A stretch of 61,983 nt of DNA, filler included, from Choristocarpus tenellus KU-1152 (taxonomy: Eukaryota > Protista > Phaeophyceae): NCBI GenBank assembly GCA_964200185.2. It is 11 parts of 11 records of this genome, joined end to end, with 100 filler letters (N's around TTAATTAATTAA, not from the genome) between each part and the next. Parts side by side here need not be neighbours in the genome. Positions count along the whole stretch, not along the records: positions 1 to 5,043 come from CAXNAD020012065.1; positions 5,144 to 8,687 come from CAXNAD020019355.1; positions 8,788 to 13,266 come from CAXNAD020014367.1; 8 more parts are not named here. One strand, written 5' to 3'. The notes below the pieces were generated by a model, which had not been told where the DNA came from, did not search any database, and saw only the letters and a list, made by a program, of their open reading frames with translations. A program made the position numbers and the translations under genes. Shown here one piece after another: positions 1 through 12,200 of the stretch (its first letter is position 1; every line of letters starts with the position of its first letter).

Positions 1-79
1 CCTTCTACTTTTACCACACTACGCATAATGTCCTTCTTCAAGTTTTCTGGGAAGTCATATCTCCACCACTTACCCGTCT

Positions 80-1468
80 CTACAACCCTGACAGGTGTAC
101 CAGCCGCCAAAGAAAAAATTTCCCTGGGCGTATAGCATACGACATGTGAAATAGTCGGCCCAGCAACACCCATACCTCCTGCACCCTCGCTACCAACCTC
201 GATTCTGGCCACTCCCCTAACAATGACTTCAGTCCCTTCAACTTTCCCTCTGGTAGGGCAATGGTCATCTATTCTGTATATATCCTCCATCCTACCACTA
301 CCTGTGTAGTATGCCATCCCGTTAATTTTTTTGCTGACAGAATGGGGGGCTCGTCTATGTCTCTCTGGCCCAACAACCGTACGTGGTCGGAGACTAGGGA
401 ATTTGTTGCTAGCTTCAGTCTCCGCCCATCTTCAAACCATTGGGGCTCTACCAAAATGCTATCATCTACATACATTCTGGCAAGAAAAGGGTCCTCCACT
501 CCCACCCCTGCTATGTCTTGCACCGTTCATGTCTAATCTATGGCCCTAACCTCCCTCCTGCCTTCCTGCTTCGAGCACGTTACACCTACCGCAATCCTTT
601 CTGCTTCTTTGAGGACTACTGTCGACTTGGGGTCTGTATGACAGTGTGAAAATTCTAGGGCACTCGCTAACAGCTCCCACGACCCCGGGCAATTCCTCCA
701 CCCAAATTGGAGTCTAAAATCTATCACCAGCAAGTCTCCCACACAATATCCAAACTTTGCTGCCCCTTGTGGTTCTACTGGTACTTGGCGAAAGGCATCT
801 TTCACATCCATCTTACTAATCATAATCCTCGCCCTCGGGAACTTTTTCCTTAATCCCACAATTCTCCTATTCACGTCTCCTATAACTGTTCCACAATGTA
901 CGGGGGGGGCATCCTCTAACTCTGTCTGGTCATTCACACTCGGCCCCCAACTCTCTTGCTGATACGAAAAATTGTGAATAATCCTTACCTTGGTGGGTTC
1001 TTGAATGACACCAACTGGGGACACCTGTAATCCTGGGATCTTCCCCCAAATCCTTTTTGGGAACACCAAAGCTCTACCCTGGGTCACATCACTCACTACC
1101 TTTTCTAGAAGGGCATTCTTCCTACTTCTTGCACTCGTGTGGTTTCCATACTCTAGTCTCTCCTCAACTCTGCCTATTCCCCCTACCCACATTGGTACTC
1201 CCTTGTTCACTACCTGTTGGAGTTGCTCTATCTGTGGGAACCCAACCCTTTCCCCAAAATGGTCATCAATCGTCTCCCAATTCAACCGTTTGGGACTCCA
1301 TCTTTCCTCTAACCTATCCACTAGAGTCCCCAAGTCCCCACCACACTCTCCTATTAGTACTTCCCCTTTCATTGCCAACTCCTCCAGTCCCTTCACTAAC
1401 ATTACCCAATCCTTTTCTCTCTTCCAATCTTGCCATGCTCTCAACCAATCTTCGAAGTCATCCTTCAT
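80..1468 (-). pseudogene. Reverse transcriptase (DIRS/Ngaro type) with in-frame stops
   Basis: ORFs 533-1468, 269-523 and 80-268 share one frame. Motifs: VSPVGV, RIIHNFSY, SKMDVKDAFRQVPV, DFRLQFGWRNCPG, catalytic RMYVDD, and the post-RT segment MTIALPEGKL...LLGRLFH...IRPGKFFLWRL. Confidence 0.85.
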
Positions 1469-1669
1469 TCCCCTTTCCCCCCCTCCTCTACCTTTGAGTG
1501 TCCGGCGTATTGAACCTGGTGTTGGAATCCCCGACGTCTCTTGTCTATGTTGTGGTAGTCTTGGAGTCCATTGGTCTCTTCCTGCCGCCCCCCCCCGGAA
1601 AGGGGTGGGCCCGCGTCTTCATGGGTCTTTCTTTTTAGCCTTGGCTTCGGTCTGGTCTTCCTTCTCTTT

Positions 1670-3135
1670 CTATTCTTCCCCTTCTTTGAAATGGTCGTAT
1701 TTGCAGAAACCATTTGTTTTCAGGAAGTCACACTCCTGTCCTGACTTCCACGCAAAACACGGGTTGCAGGTCCTTCCCCCCCCTTTTGATACTCCTGCTC
1801 TATTTCTGTCTTCAGCCCTGGGAGATTTTGAAGCCCTTGCCTCCCCCCATGCCCCCGCCCTCTTCATGGATCGGGACGGGACTCAGTGCTATACAGGGCA
1901 GGCAGCATGTTCTTTGCCTGAGCCAATGTCGCTTCTACACATGTGAAGTGCGGGCTCGGCGGGAGTGGTATCAACGTGTCACTGTGAGGTGGTGCGTTAA
2001 ATTTGTTCCCTACTGTATCAACCGCTGCCGCCAATCGCTTTTCCCAGCACATTAAGTCCTCTTCCACTGCTCTGAAAATTAGTTCCACAATCCGTGGACT
2101 CTCTAACAACGTTGGTTTATTGGAATCGTAGAACATGCGAACTTTACGCCGAGCCTCTTCCAAATCATCAATCACTCGTTCTGTCCTTCTTTTCCCCCTA
2201 TTCCAACTCTCCCCATGTTTGCATAACCTCACCATGGCTGTCACAAAGCAGTCGAAGTTGTCGGGTAATTCGTAGTCCCCTTTGAACGTTTTCCTCCCAA
2301 GCTCCCCCTTTGGTATGTAGTCCCTGATCGTGAAACCTGCCAAGTATTCTAGCTGTGCTGCCACCTCGTCCGTCACGTTTGCTGTCTCCTCCACGATCAT
2401 CTGTAGCTCGTACTTCGTTGTCCTGGCATTCCCTGTTATAATAAATAGGGGGATGAAACTGAGGAGTATAAAATGCTTCCTCACCTCCACCCTGTTCCAC
2501 GCTTGCATCAATGACTTCTCTTGAAACCTCTCTGCCATCGATGTTGATGATATCGATCCTCTCTCCCTTATCGCTCCTGCTCCCCTTCCCATCCCTCTGT
2601 CTTCTCCCCCTTTTCCTGATGTTCTCGACCGACATAGTTCTTGTAGAATCTCCATCATCCCGTCCATTCTTTCCGTCAGCTTGCTAATCTCGTTGCTCTG
2701 GGTTTGTGGTTGGCTGTGGTTGCTCTCGCTCCTCTGCTCTTGTTCGTCCTCATCCTCCACACCTGTCTTCTCTCTTACCCCCGTCTCGAAGATTCCCATT
2801 TCCCGTTGAGTCGTTTCGATTCGTGATTACATCCTCTGCACCGCCATTGTTCCCATCTCTTCTTCCTGTTCCTTCCATCCCTTTTCTTCTGCCCAGCCCT
2901 CAGTCATTTTTTTTCCTTCTTCCCCTTTTCTTGTCCCCTCGTTTCCCCCCCCCTTTTCCCGCGCCATCTCAGCCCCCTCAGTCTCGTTGTCTCTCCTGTC
3001 TGCCTTATTGCCCATATGCTGGAAAGGCGAGAAGCTTGCTCGGAGGTTGCCTTGGTCTCCCCTCCTCGTCTTGTACCCCTGGTTTTCTTTCCCTTTTATC
3101 ACTGACTGGCTGCTGTCCTTCCCTTTATCTACCAC
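1670..3135 (-). pseudogene. ORF1 (gag-like) of the DIRS/Ngaro element with C-terminal CCCH zinc finger
   Basis: ORFs 2827-3135 and 1864-2799 share a frame with one stop between them. A frameshift near 1865 leads into CFAWKSGQECDFLKTNGFCKYDH (C-x8-C-x8-C-x3-H). Confidence 0.65.
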
Positions 3136-3839
3136 TCATTTCCATTAACCATCTCGTCCCTTCCTTAACTATTCCTTCTCTTCCTACTTCCTTCTTTTTC
3201 TTTCCCCTACTCACGCTTGTCCTGTGCCCCCAACCAACCAGAATTCTTCCGCCCACAAAACTCAGATTACTTCATAAACTCTCACCTCATGTGCGGACTC
3301 TCTTCGTTTAGAATGAACATACAATGGAAGGAGGAATATATGATTGGAATATTATATTTGTTTTGCTATTTACAATTTAATCATTAACGAATGTGAAAAC
3401 ACAGTAGTGTATATTATCGGAATACATGTTTAATTCACAAATTGCCTCAGCCACCCAAACGCCAAACACACGATGATTTATTTCTATTCAATTATAATTC
3501 TTAATACCGATGGTCTCTAAAAAAAGTTGAATAGAAAATAATATCTAATAGTGGTGAAGTAACTGATAGCTTAGTGGTTTCCACACTTACAATGTTTTAT
3601 AGTGTTTAGGATATGTTACTTCTTTACGACTAATAACGACATATGTATAGTTTTCATTGGTTTCCCCCTGACACATCTGCAAAATGTCAGAGGGCATAAT
3701 AATAAAATGCAGAAATATCAATAGGACGATGCAAGACACAAGTAGTAGAGTCCATGGTACATAATAAGACGTGACTACGACGTGACGGGCCCCAGTGAAA
3801 GAAACATATTAACTGACCAGCCATAGATTCAATGTTCTA

Positions 3840-4035
3840 ACATGGCCGAGTCGATGTCCATCACCACTCAACATGACTGGGATTGTCATAGCCCATACAC
3901 AACCAAGTTGGAACATTACCGACTCCATGGACATCGATCTCCTCAACATGACTGGGGCTGCCACCCGTGCATGTATAACCAGTTTGGAAAATGGCTGAGT
4001 CCATGGCCACCAACTGTTTCAACATGGCTGATCTG
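3840..4035. repeat. Degenerate ~75-bp tandem repeat (about 2.5-3 units)
   Basis: CTCAACATGACTGGG at 3867 and 3942, TTCAACATGGCTG at 4018; CCATGG recurs at similar spacing. Confidence 0.55.
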
Positions 4036-4993
4036 GTAACCAGCCCGTAGCCAAATATACCGACAGTGACATGCTAAACTCCCACACTGGATGAAAGGCC
4101 CTGAATAATACATTTCATTTTGACTTTAGGATCAAATACCATTCTCAAACATCTTCCAAAAAGGCATGTTTTGATTCATTTTGGGCCGACATTCCTTGAC
4201 GACGTATAAAGAGCTTCACACGCGGTTCATTGGAAATCAAAATAGTGAGAAGGTGGTTAGGAAACCACAGCACCCAGGGATAAACTATTATACCTGCAAT
4301 GTGTGCATTGTGATACTGCTGTCTTCACTTCTACTAAAGTGTGCCGTCCAACTGTTGTCCAATTGCTACTATGCCCTATGTTAAGATGTAGATTACTGAG
4401 ACGAACCAATTAAGAGAAAGGTAAGATTGCATTATAAGGATCCCCACAAAGGGCAAGAAGACACCATTTTGAACAATTGCAGATTTTTTTTTTCTGTGAA
4501 TTTTGGTGTCAATTTGTGTGTGGAAAGTAAGAATATCCGGTTTGTGTGCACTGTTGTGCATATGAAGAAACATCAAACCCAGTGTATTGCAGAGGGGAAT
4601 AGAGATAGTTTAGAATAATGCGAAATGCTCCAATTATCCCTACCTCTCGATTGGCTTGGCTCACTATTGCAACTAACTAATTGCTGACCGCTTTTGTGTT
4701 CCTCTTGCTGGGATCAGGTGTATAGCATGGCCTTGGGCTTAGTGGAGGAGGTCACAGGAGAGCTGGTCTGCCAGTGACTCAAGACACCGTCATGTCATTT
4801 GATCTGAAGGCTAAGGCAGAACCTTCTTGGCAAAAAGCCACACAATGCAGATATCGAGGGTGAGGGAAACGCTGGACCTGGGTTGGTAAAATCATTGGAC
4901 AACCTCCAGATGAAGTCTGGTGAGCTTCCAACCCACAACAGAATCACTAGAGCCCAGGAATGGGTACATGTAGGCGAGCAAATGGACGTAGTT

Positions 4994-5043
4994 GATCCAA
5001 AGTATCTGGGGGGGAGGGGGGTCTACACCAGGGTGTCCATTTT
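4994..5043 (+). mobile_element. MITE family A, left end cut by contig break
   Basis: GATCCAAAGTATCTGGGGGGAGGGGGGTCTACACCAGGGTGTCCAT matches the left end of the full copies at 16348 and 41274. Confidence 0.8.
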
Positions 5044-5143
5044 NNNNNNNNNNNNNNNNNNNNNNNNNNNNNNNNNNNNNNNNNNNNTTAATTAATTAAN
5101 NNNNNNNNNNNNNNNNNNNNNNNNNNNNNNNNNNNNNNNNNNN
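5044..5143. other. Artificial contig linker
   Basis: 44 N + TTAATTAATTAA (stops in all six frames) + 44 N. Confidence 0.98.
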
Positions 5144-5164
5144 CCCCCTCAGATACTTTGACCC
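5144..5164. mobile_element. MITE family A terminal fragment
   Basis: CCCCCTCAGATACTTTGACCC is the family TIR, at a contig start. Confidence 0.7.
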
Positions 5165-6819
5165 ATCAAACTTAAGCTCCTTCTCATCCTGCATCCGCGA
5201 ATCCTCATTGCCTCTTCCCCCATACCAGACCCTCCTTCAAGACACACTGCAATAAATTCAAAACCTAAACTTCAGTTGGGGCTACTAATTGATCGTGAAC
5301 ATCTCAGTTCTTACATAGATGACCAAGTTGATCAGAAATCGGTATATAGCCAAAGCTTACTTTCTCTTTCTTGTGTGAAAAAATGCAACATGATGTAGGC
5401 CGTGTCCCTAGTGAGTAGTGTCGAACTTCCAGGGTACCAGTCATACATTTAAAATGCGCTTCAAACAGATCATGTTGAGCTTTGGCTAGAACTTCTCTAT
5501 CTACTACCGGATATGCATTATGGAGCTAACAAACACCTCAGAGTCCTTTACCACCATAGGAATTTCACCTAGTTCGATCCAAAGGTAATTCCTAGGCATG
5601 CAATGTTTTACTTGCTGGAGAAGTTGCATTTGTGGTTTCTGTTCCCACATTTGAGCATATAGGGGTTACAGGTACTAGCTCAGAAATTCATGTTTACAGA
5701 GAACTTCCAGCTGAGGACGTGACAATATATCTGGGAGATAGTGAAACCTGCCAGGCTTATCGAGGACGGTAAAACCAAAACTCACTAGTGCCCATCTATA
5801 TTTAAGATTGGGCGTATGTTGCAGAGTATGCAGACACCGTAAGGCTGAATAGTCACCAACAACAGTGATGTGTTTACCCCATATGTATGGTCTCCAGTTT
5901 TGAACTGCCAGAACAACTCCAAGGGATTCTTTTTGTGTGGTAGATTATTTTATCCGGGAAGGGGAAAGTAAGGCACACTGGTACGCAATGATATCAAAAT
6001 TACCATATTAATTTTTATGGACCAAGAATATCACAGAATACCCCTGTCCCAGCGTTACTGGCATCTACATGTTCAAAAAATCCGTGGAAAAGCCAGGAAA
6101 GTGTAGAACTGGAGGCGTAGTTTGGAGTCGACTCTGTTTAGATGTAAAGCTCCCTCTGTCCCATAAGTTTGCGACATCATGAATTTCACTTTTTGTTTTA
6201 AGTAAATTCTTCACAGATACGAAGACTTTTCCTGTGATGTATGGTTTAGATTAAAGGTCGGGATAATACTTGTTTGGGTAGAAGTTTTTTTCTACAGAGG
6301 ACCGCTTATGGAGTACCTACTTACCTACCTGCCCACGTGTGGCATAATAGAGTCAGTTAAAAAAAAAAAATCATTTTCATGCCCTCAACCTCGCAATAGT
6401 GAATCTTGGGATCTATATCATTTTCCACAATGCTAGTCAGAGGAATCATTGAAGGGTACTTCTTTGCTTCCACCTGATGCCACACACGCGGCAGATAGGT
6501 AAATCTCAGAGATACTTGACTGGTTCGCATTTCATACCCTTGGTGACTGATGTTTATTCTCAATCTGGAACTGTTTGCCCCTTTATTCACACAGTGTATA
6601 CTCAATGCAATAACATGCCAAAAAAGGGGTTTGTAGGCAGATGTACCAATGAAACTACATTTGCAACCATCTTCTTCCTGCTTGAAGTGGACAATGTGAG
6701 GTTGTTGTTCAAAGTCTATGCGAGTGCATGGGAATAAGGACTCTCTCCTTGTCGGATCTTGTGATGTGTGAAGCTGCGTTGGTTGGAGTTTTGGGATCTA
6801 AGGGTTAAGGTGAGAGTGT

Positions 6820-7059
6820 GAGTCAAAGTATCTTAGAGGGTAGAGCCGTGTCCGTTTGGGGGTCATTTTGATATAATTTTGGCTATCGTGTTTGTTAGGA
6901 AGAACCAATATCCTTGTTTCGGACACACCATACCATAACGTACATTTTAGCTACTCCAAAACATTTCGGGGTAATAAAATGTCACAAAAAAAATTGTGGG
7001 AAGCCAAGCCCCAAACGAACAAACAGGGCAAATTCGTACCCTCTAAGATACTTTCACTT
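6820..7059 (+). mobile_element. MITE family B (240 bp)
   Basis: TIRs GAGTCAAAGTATCTTAGAGGGTA ... TACCCTCTAAGATACTTTCACTT; flanks TGT(G)/TGTG; internal sequence homologous to the copies at 45470 and 61372. Confidence 0.85.
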
Positions 7060-8480
7060 TGTGGCACTGCACTTCATTTGTGCTGCTCTGTTCGCATCTG
7101 TATCTCAGACTAACGAGTGGCAAAGACGCTATTTTTTTCTCCTGGGCGTCGCTCTCAACAAATCTTGTTGTGTGCTTGGTCCTAGTAACTCATGTTGCAA
7201 ACGATTTCTTTACGGTTTCTCAACAGAATTTCACACTCGTTGAGAGTTACACACACTCGGTGGGCCAACCTGTTTTAACAACAATGCCAAGTGATGATCT
7301 TGTATGCCTCACATGTAAGCACTTTAGTGGGCTACTGCCGACTTTCTGTGGTTGGGACGGGGTGCTAACAGTGGAGCAGCGAATTATATGGAAGTATTTG
7401 GCGTAACAAGATATAAAAAGCAAAGAGAGCACATAATTTAATTGTTTTCTGCTCATGGTGAACACCAACTTTCATGTCCCCCCTGCGTCTTGTTGTTGCT
7501 GTGTGGGACTGGCGTTCCAGGGCTTGTTCCTTCATTTTTGTGTCACCGAAGAATTGAACTATTGTTTAGTTCGCTCTCTTTATCCAACTTGACTGTGTTC
7601 AGCTTTAACCTCTTCTTTTTGGGCACATTTGGCAGCTTCACTCAAGGGTAGCAACTCAGCCTTTTTCCTCTTTCCCCTTTCACTTATTCGACAACTTGTC
7701 TACATTCTTTCCGACCTAGCGCATCCTGTCGCAAATTCCGCAGAACCCCGATTGTGACCCCTGTGCAGCATCACTACTTGCATCTATCTTTGAAAAAACG
7801 AGCTTGAACTATGTGAATCTGATTGTGGAGGCGCTGGTCACAGTTCCTAGTTACCACATGGAAAAACGTGTTGCTTTGTTGAACACCACCTTTCTCGTCC
7901 ATCTACGCTTGTTCATTCACATTTCTTTTCACTACCCCTCTCTTTGTATCTTTTTTTTTTTCTTCCAGTGCTTTTTTGTTTTGTTTTTGTCCTTGCTACC
8001 TTTTCTCCATGAGTGCGTGTCTTGCTTCTTTGACCTACCTTTTCCCACAACAGGTGTGTGATCGTTCAGACTGATGTGATGATATAACAGTAAGAATAAT
8101 AGCAGTAACAAAATTATAAGACTATAATAAAAAATAATAATAACGTCAAAGATTATCCCTAACCTCATCATATAGACCAATTCCCAAACTCTAGGTGTTA
8201 TTGTGCAACGGTTTTTGACCAAAATGATACACCTGTGCACCCCCTTCTCTACTGCAGACAGATCGTGAGTGCCTACTAAGAACCAAATTTGGTACCCCTG
8301 CCCACCATCACATACATCTCGCGAAAAACCCTAGAACAGTTAAAGCTCATTGTCCAACTTTTATGAGACAAAAAAGTACAGTCATAGCAGGATCCTGATC
8401 TTTCCAATCCACCACTCATTCTAGATTGTGATGGATAATAGCGACGAAAGGACAGGAAGAGTGTGATATGATATAATTGA

Positions 8481-8687
8481 AACCCTATTGCCATAGCTGC
8501 TTTCGAGCAGTTAAAAACGAATCTTCAGGAGGTAGGCATCACCCTCAATATGGACAAGACATTTGCCGCGCCTCCCCAGGGCCACCAACCCACGCCCTCG
8601 GAACTAGAGCTCCTTTCCACAACAGGAATCAACCTAGCCCCTAACCCCAGTGGTTTTGTCACTCTAGGGGCTCCAGTAGGAACAGAT
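8481..8687 (+). mobile_element. 5'-truncated non-LTR retrotransposon RT fragment (CRE-like)
   Basis: IAIAAFEQLKTNLQEVGITLNMDKT...GFVTLGAPVGTD resembles RT domains 6-7 (GLxLNxxKT...LGAPVG) of CRE-type LINEs. Runs into the contig end. Confidence 0.65.
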
Positions 8688-8787
8688 NNNNNNNNNNNNN
8701 NNNNNNNNNNNNNNNNNNNNNNNNNNNNNNNTTAATTAATTAANNNNNNNNNNNNNNNNNNNNNNNNNNNNNNNNNNNNNNNNNNNN
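8688..8787. other. Artificial contig linker
   Basis: 44 N + TTAATTAATTAA + 44 N. Confidence 0.98.
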
Positions 8788-8852
8788 GCACCATTTCGGT
8801 CAAACCCATCCTCCATGAAATGATCCATCCGCCATTATCATAATCCGCTGTT
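8788..8852. mobile_element. Fold-back MITE family C terminal arm
   Basis: CCATCCTCCATGAAATGATCCATCCGCCATTATC...ATCCGCTGTT is the reverse complement of 32617-32670. Confidence 0.7.
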
Positions 8853-9221
8853 AACTGTTATTTCGACACCGTGTACACATACTCTGCGGCCCCGGTCCTG
8901 GTCTGACATTGGTAGGAAAAGTGTGTACTTCGTGTGTCTAAAGCGCTTGGCGATGATGATGACTATGATGGTATATTCGCCTCTTTTGCCGCTTCTATAA
9001 ACAGCAGCGAGGACCCAACAGAATGACGCTCATGACAGATTTACAAAGATGATTGTGTTTGCTCTTTCGTAACCCAAGATGTAAGCTTGCTTGATCCTGT
9101 CTTCCGCGTTCTCAGTCAAGTTATTGATCAGCCCGCCTCCGAGAGATCATCCAGGGGTGTTCTTCGACTGTTCCTTCTCAATAACTCCTCACTTGCCCAC
9201 ACAACCAACAATTTTAATTAG

Positions 9222-12200
9222 GAGCTATACAAGGATTTTTGCAAAGAGGCAATACGAGTGGTTCCTGGCGACCCTTCCAAGCGGAGAAGCAAGGCACACT
9301 TCCTCCGGTTGCTCGGAGAGGACAGGCCCAACATCAGGGTGAGGGTAGGAGGCGAGTTTATGAATTGTGACATATGTGTCACCTTAAAAGAGAAGCGTCA
9401 CGGTGCACCTGGTCTAAAGCACATGAACGACTCCACCGTCCTTGAGGTCATCGATAAGGAGCTTTCACACCATCGAGAGGTATGTGTCCAGCATTAATTT
9501 TTCAACAAGCGTACAGTGGCAACATGTCGCCGCCATTGCCCTCCATTTTCAACATCTGTTTCCGTTTGCGAATGAAGACTCCCACGCAGGTGCTAATGGC
9601 AGCAGCCTAACTCTCACTCAGCGCAAAAACTTAAACGTTCTTATTAACTGCCCACACACGCTATATCATAGATTGCTTCCTGGTCGTGTACAACAGGATA
9701 TAGGAGGGACAGGTACTGTAGCAGCTTCTCAGGTCCCGTACGAACGTGCTTCCGACAATCCCCATAATACTGTGTTTGTATTGAACGCAGGATTAAAAAA
9801 CATATCCAAAGACAAACATGTATTGTTACCTACACTCCATTTTCTTACTAACCTCATACGTGTTAACAAGTGGCCATTTTTTTACAACTCTGAGCAGATT
9901 TATTTGATTTACAGACGTAATGTTGCCCTCCCCAATTCGCCAGATTATCCAAGCGGATCGGCTGGTCATCGCCAACAGCACCAGCAGCGCCATGCGGGCC
10001 AAAGCCGACGGTAAACCTCTCGGGTTCGTGTTCATGTCCGTAGATGCCGCGAACCAGACAGCACATGCCTTCCCAGCACTTTACCCACCTACCCACGGCG
10101 GTGACAGGTAACCACACGCACGCATAGTCCATCTGACAACAAGCCCGCAGTCGCACGCAGAACAGAATAGACGACCCTGTTTTATTCTTCTAATGAGTGC
10201 AAAGGCACAAGAAATAACCGCCAAAACAGACTCACATAATTCCACTACCTATTCCGATCGTCATGATGACGACGCACCATATAATCTTTCCTTAGACGAT
10301 TCTTTGATTCATGTCCTTCTTATCAGGGGCTACTCCGAGCGACAGAAAATCATGACCGCACACGTCGAAGGTCAGTTCGCAGAGGTGTTCTTCACTCCTA
10401 TGAATCTTGGAGGAGGTACGTCATGTTGGTCGTGGCAAACAATCACATGACTGAATAGATGATCGTTGCGCACACACCACTTGATTTACCGTCGTGGCGA
10501 GTGGACCTGCCGTAGGTTAGATACCTGAGGACGAGTACATCCTTACACCATGTGCCTACAGATACCGCAGGCCTAGTGAACAGTCGATTAACTGATGATG
10601 CGCTGTGCTCCCCTGCCATCGTACGCATCAGCTTAGGGTTAGGGCGAGAGGAGCGTAAGAGCTAATCAAGGAGGAGGGAAACCCACACACATGTATATCA
10701 GCCATTCGGGTATATGTGCTCTACATCACAAAAACAAATTCCATTACCCCTCTTTTTACCTCCAAATATACAATGCGTATGTAAGCAGAGTACTATTTGC
10801 CAACTAACGACGGACATCATCATTCACGCAGGTTGTAACCTTGTCTGCACAGCCACCCACCTTGCCCTCACAAGGCTTATCGACAAGTACCACAACAGCC
10901 TCGATCACGCGGGGAGTCACATCATCCAGCACGCGCATTGGCAGGTAAGAAATTTTCATCTTGACACGACCTACTCAACACATACTCACTGAATACCGGT
11001 CACCAAAAATCTAAATGCACGGTCTTTAGTTTTGGTTAGTGTGTTGCTTGTTGCATGTACCATGGCGGTGATGTAGACCTTGCGCTCTAGCAGTCATGGA
11101 AACTTACCCTGTTCCTCCACGAAACGCGGCGAAATGGTCTGACATATCGGCCTCACGCCTATCCCTCCCTCCCTCCCGACTCCCCAAACTGGCCAGGTTG
11201 ACAACTGCGTCTCAGAGAACAAGAACAGTTTATTTCTCGGATATGCGGGGCTGCTGGTCACGGCGAGTGTCATTCGTGTGGTTGAGATACATTTTGTGAT
11301 GGTGGGGCACACGCACATCAAAATCGATCAGATGTTCTCCAGGTAATTAGGCAAGATATACAAGTGCGATAGCCACATAGTGTTTTCATACGGACAGATA
11401 CTACCTTAAGGCTTGCGGCTCACGCTTGTTGCATCCATGTATGGTATATGGTCATACACTGTAATTGATTAATTGACTTTTGATTTCCCCACCAAAAAAA
11501 TGAACGATAAGAGCAGCTGCCAAAACTGTTTCGTAAACTACTGTAGAAACAATACAATAAAAAAATGTACGCATCAACCCTTCTTATATCTATACTTCCA
11601 TATACATGCATCGGAGGATGTGCCTGCATATATATCTTGCTTCTCCACTTCGTTTCTTTCGCCCCCGCCTCAAAACTAAGTTGCTTGCATTTCACCTTCA
11701 GGTTCTCACGTGGTATCAAAAGCAAGAACATTTTCACGAGAACACAGCTGAGTGAAGAGCTGCAGGCCTCCTACACGGAGGTTCCTGTCTACTGCAAGAC
11801 CCTATGGAACGAGGGCAACTTGAAGGGACTCCTTCAAGGTTGCGTCAACTGTGTCCCCAACATCACGAGCTACAGGGCTTTTCGCGTTGAAAAAGGGGGT
11901 GACGGGCGGGTTAAGGTTAGCGTTAAGCGATACATGCACAGCACCGAATGGAGTGGGATAGGCAGAGACCTTGCTATCGATCCCAACGCCCCTCCGCACG
12001 ACCTCTTCATCGGCCACCCGCCTCGTATCCAAGATGCACCACCCTACCAGCTCAAGAGCGTTCCCGATCACGTCATCCTCAAGGTGGAGCAGCGGTACCA
12101 GGCGTCGCACAAGCGCCTCGCCGCTGCGTACTCACTGGGTAAGTCGATTTTTTCGTGAGGGCAGTTGATGGCTAATTTTTGTATTCCGTGGCAGCCAAAA

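Larger units (their letters stand above)
1..3310 (-). mobile_element. Decayed DIRS/Ngaro-type (tyrosine-recombinase class) retrotransposon, truncated by window start
   Basis: Gag-like ORF1 (~3135-1670) ends in a CCCH finger and is followed by RT ORF2 (1468 to <80) with DIRS-type motifs. The YR ORF is not visible and would lie beyond base 1. Outer boundary approximate. Confidence 0.8.

Noticed and set aside
1005-3311. Long plus-strand ORFs (1005-1946, 2706-3311)
   Set aside because: Antisense shadows of the purine-rich retroelement ORFs; low-complexity S/P/F/L translation.
5088-5099. Recurrent TTAATTAATTAA palindrome between N runs
   Set aside because: Artificial six-frame-stop linker of fixed 100-nt layout, not biological.
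5290-7950. Exon-like segments on both strands of contig 2 (e.g. VEAKKYPSMIPLTSIVENDIDPKIHYCE)
   Set aside because: No consistent phase chain or recognisable motif; the longer frames contain multiple stops.
8788-8852. Family C arm as the TIR of the adjacent transposase element
   Set aside because: Its terminus points toward the gene, so the MITE body lies on the other side, off the contig.
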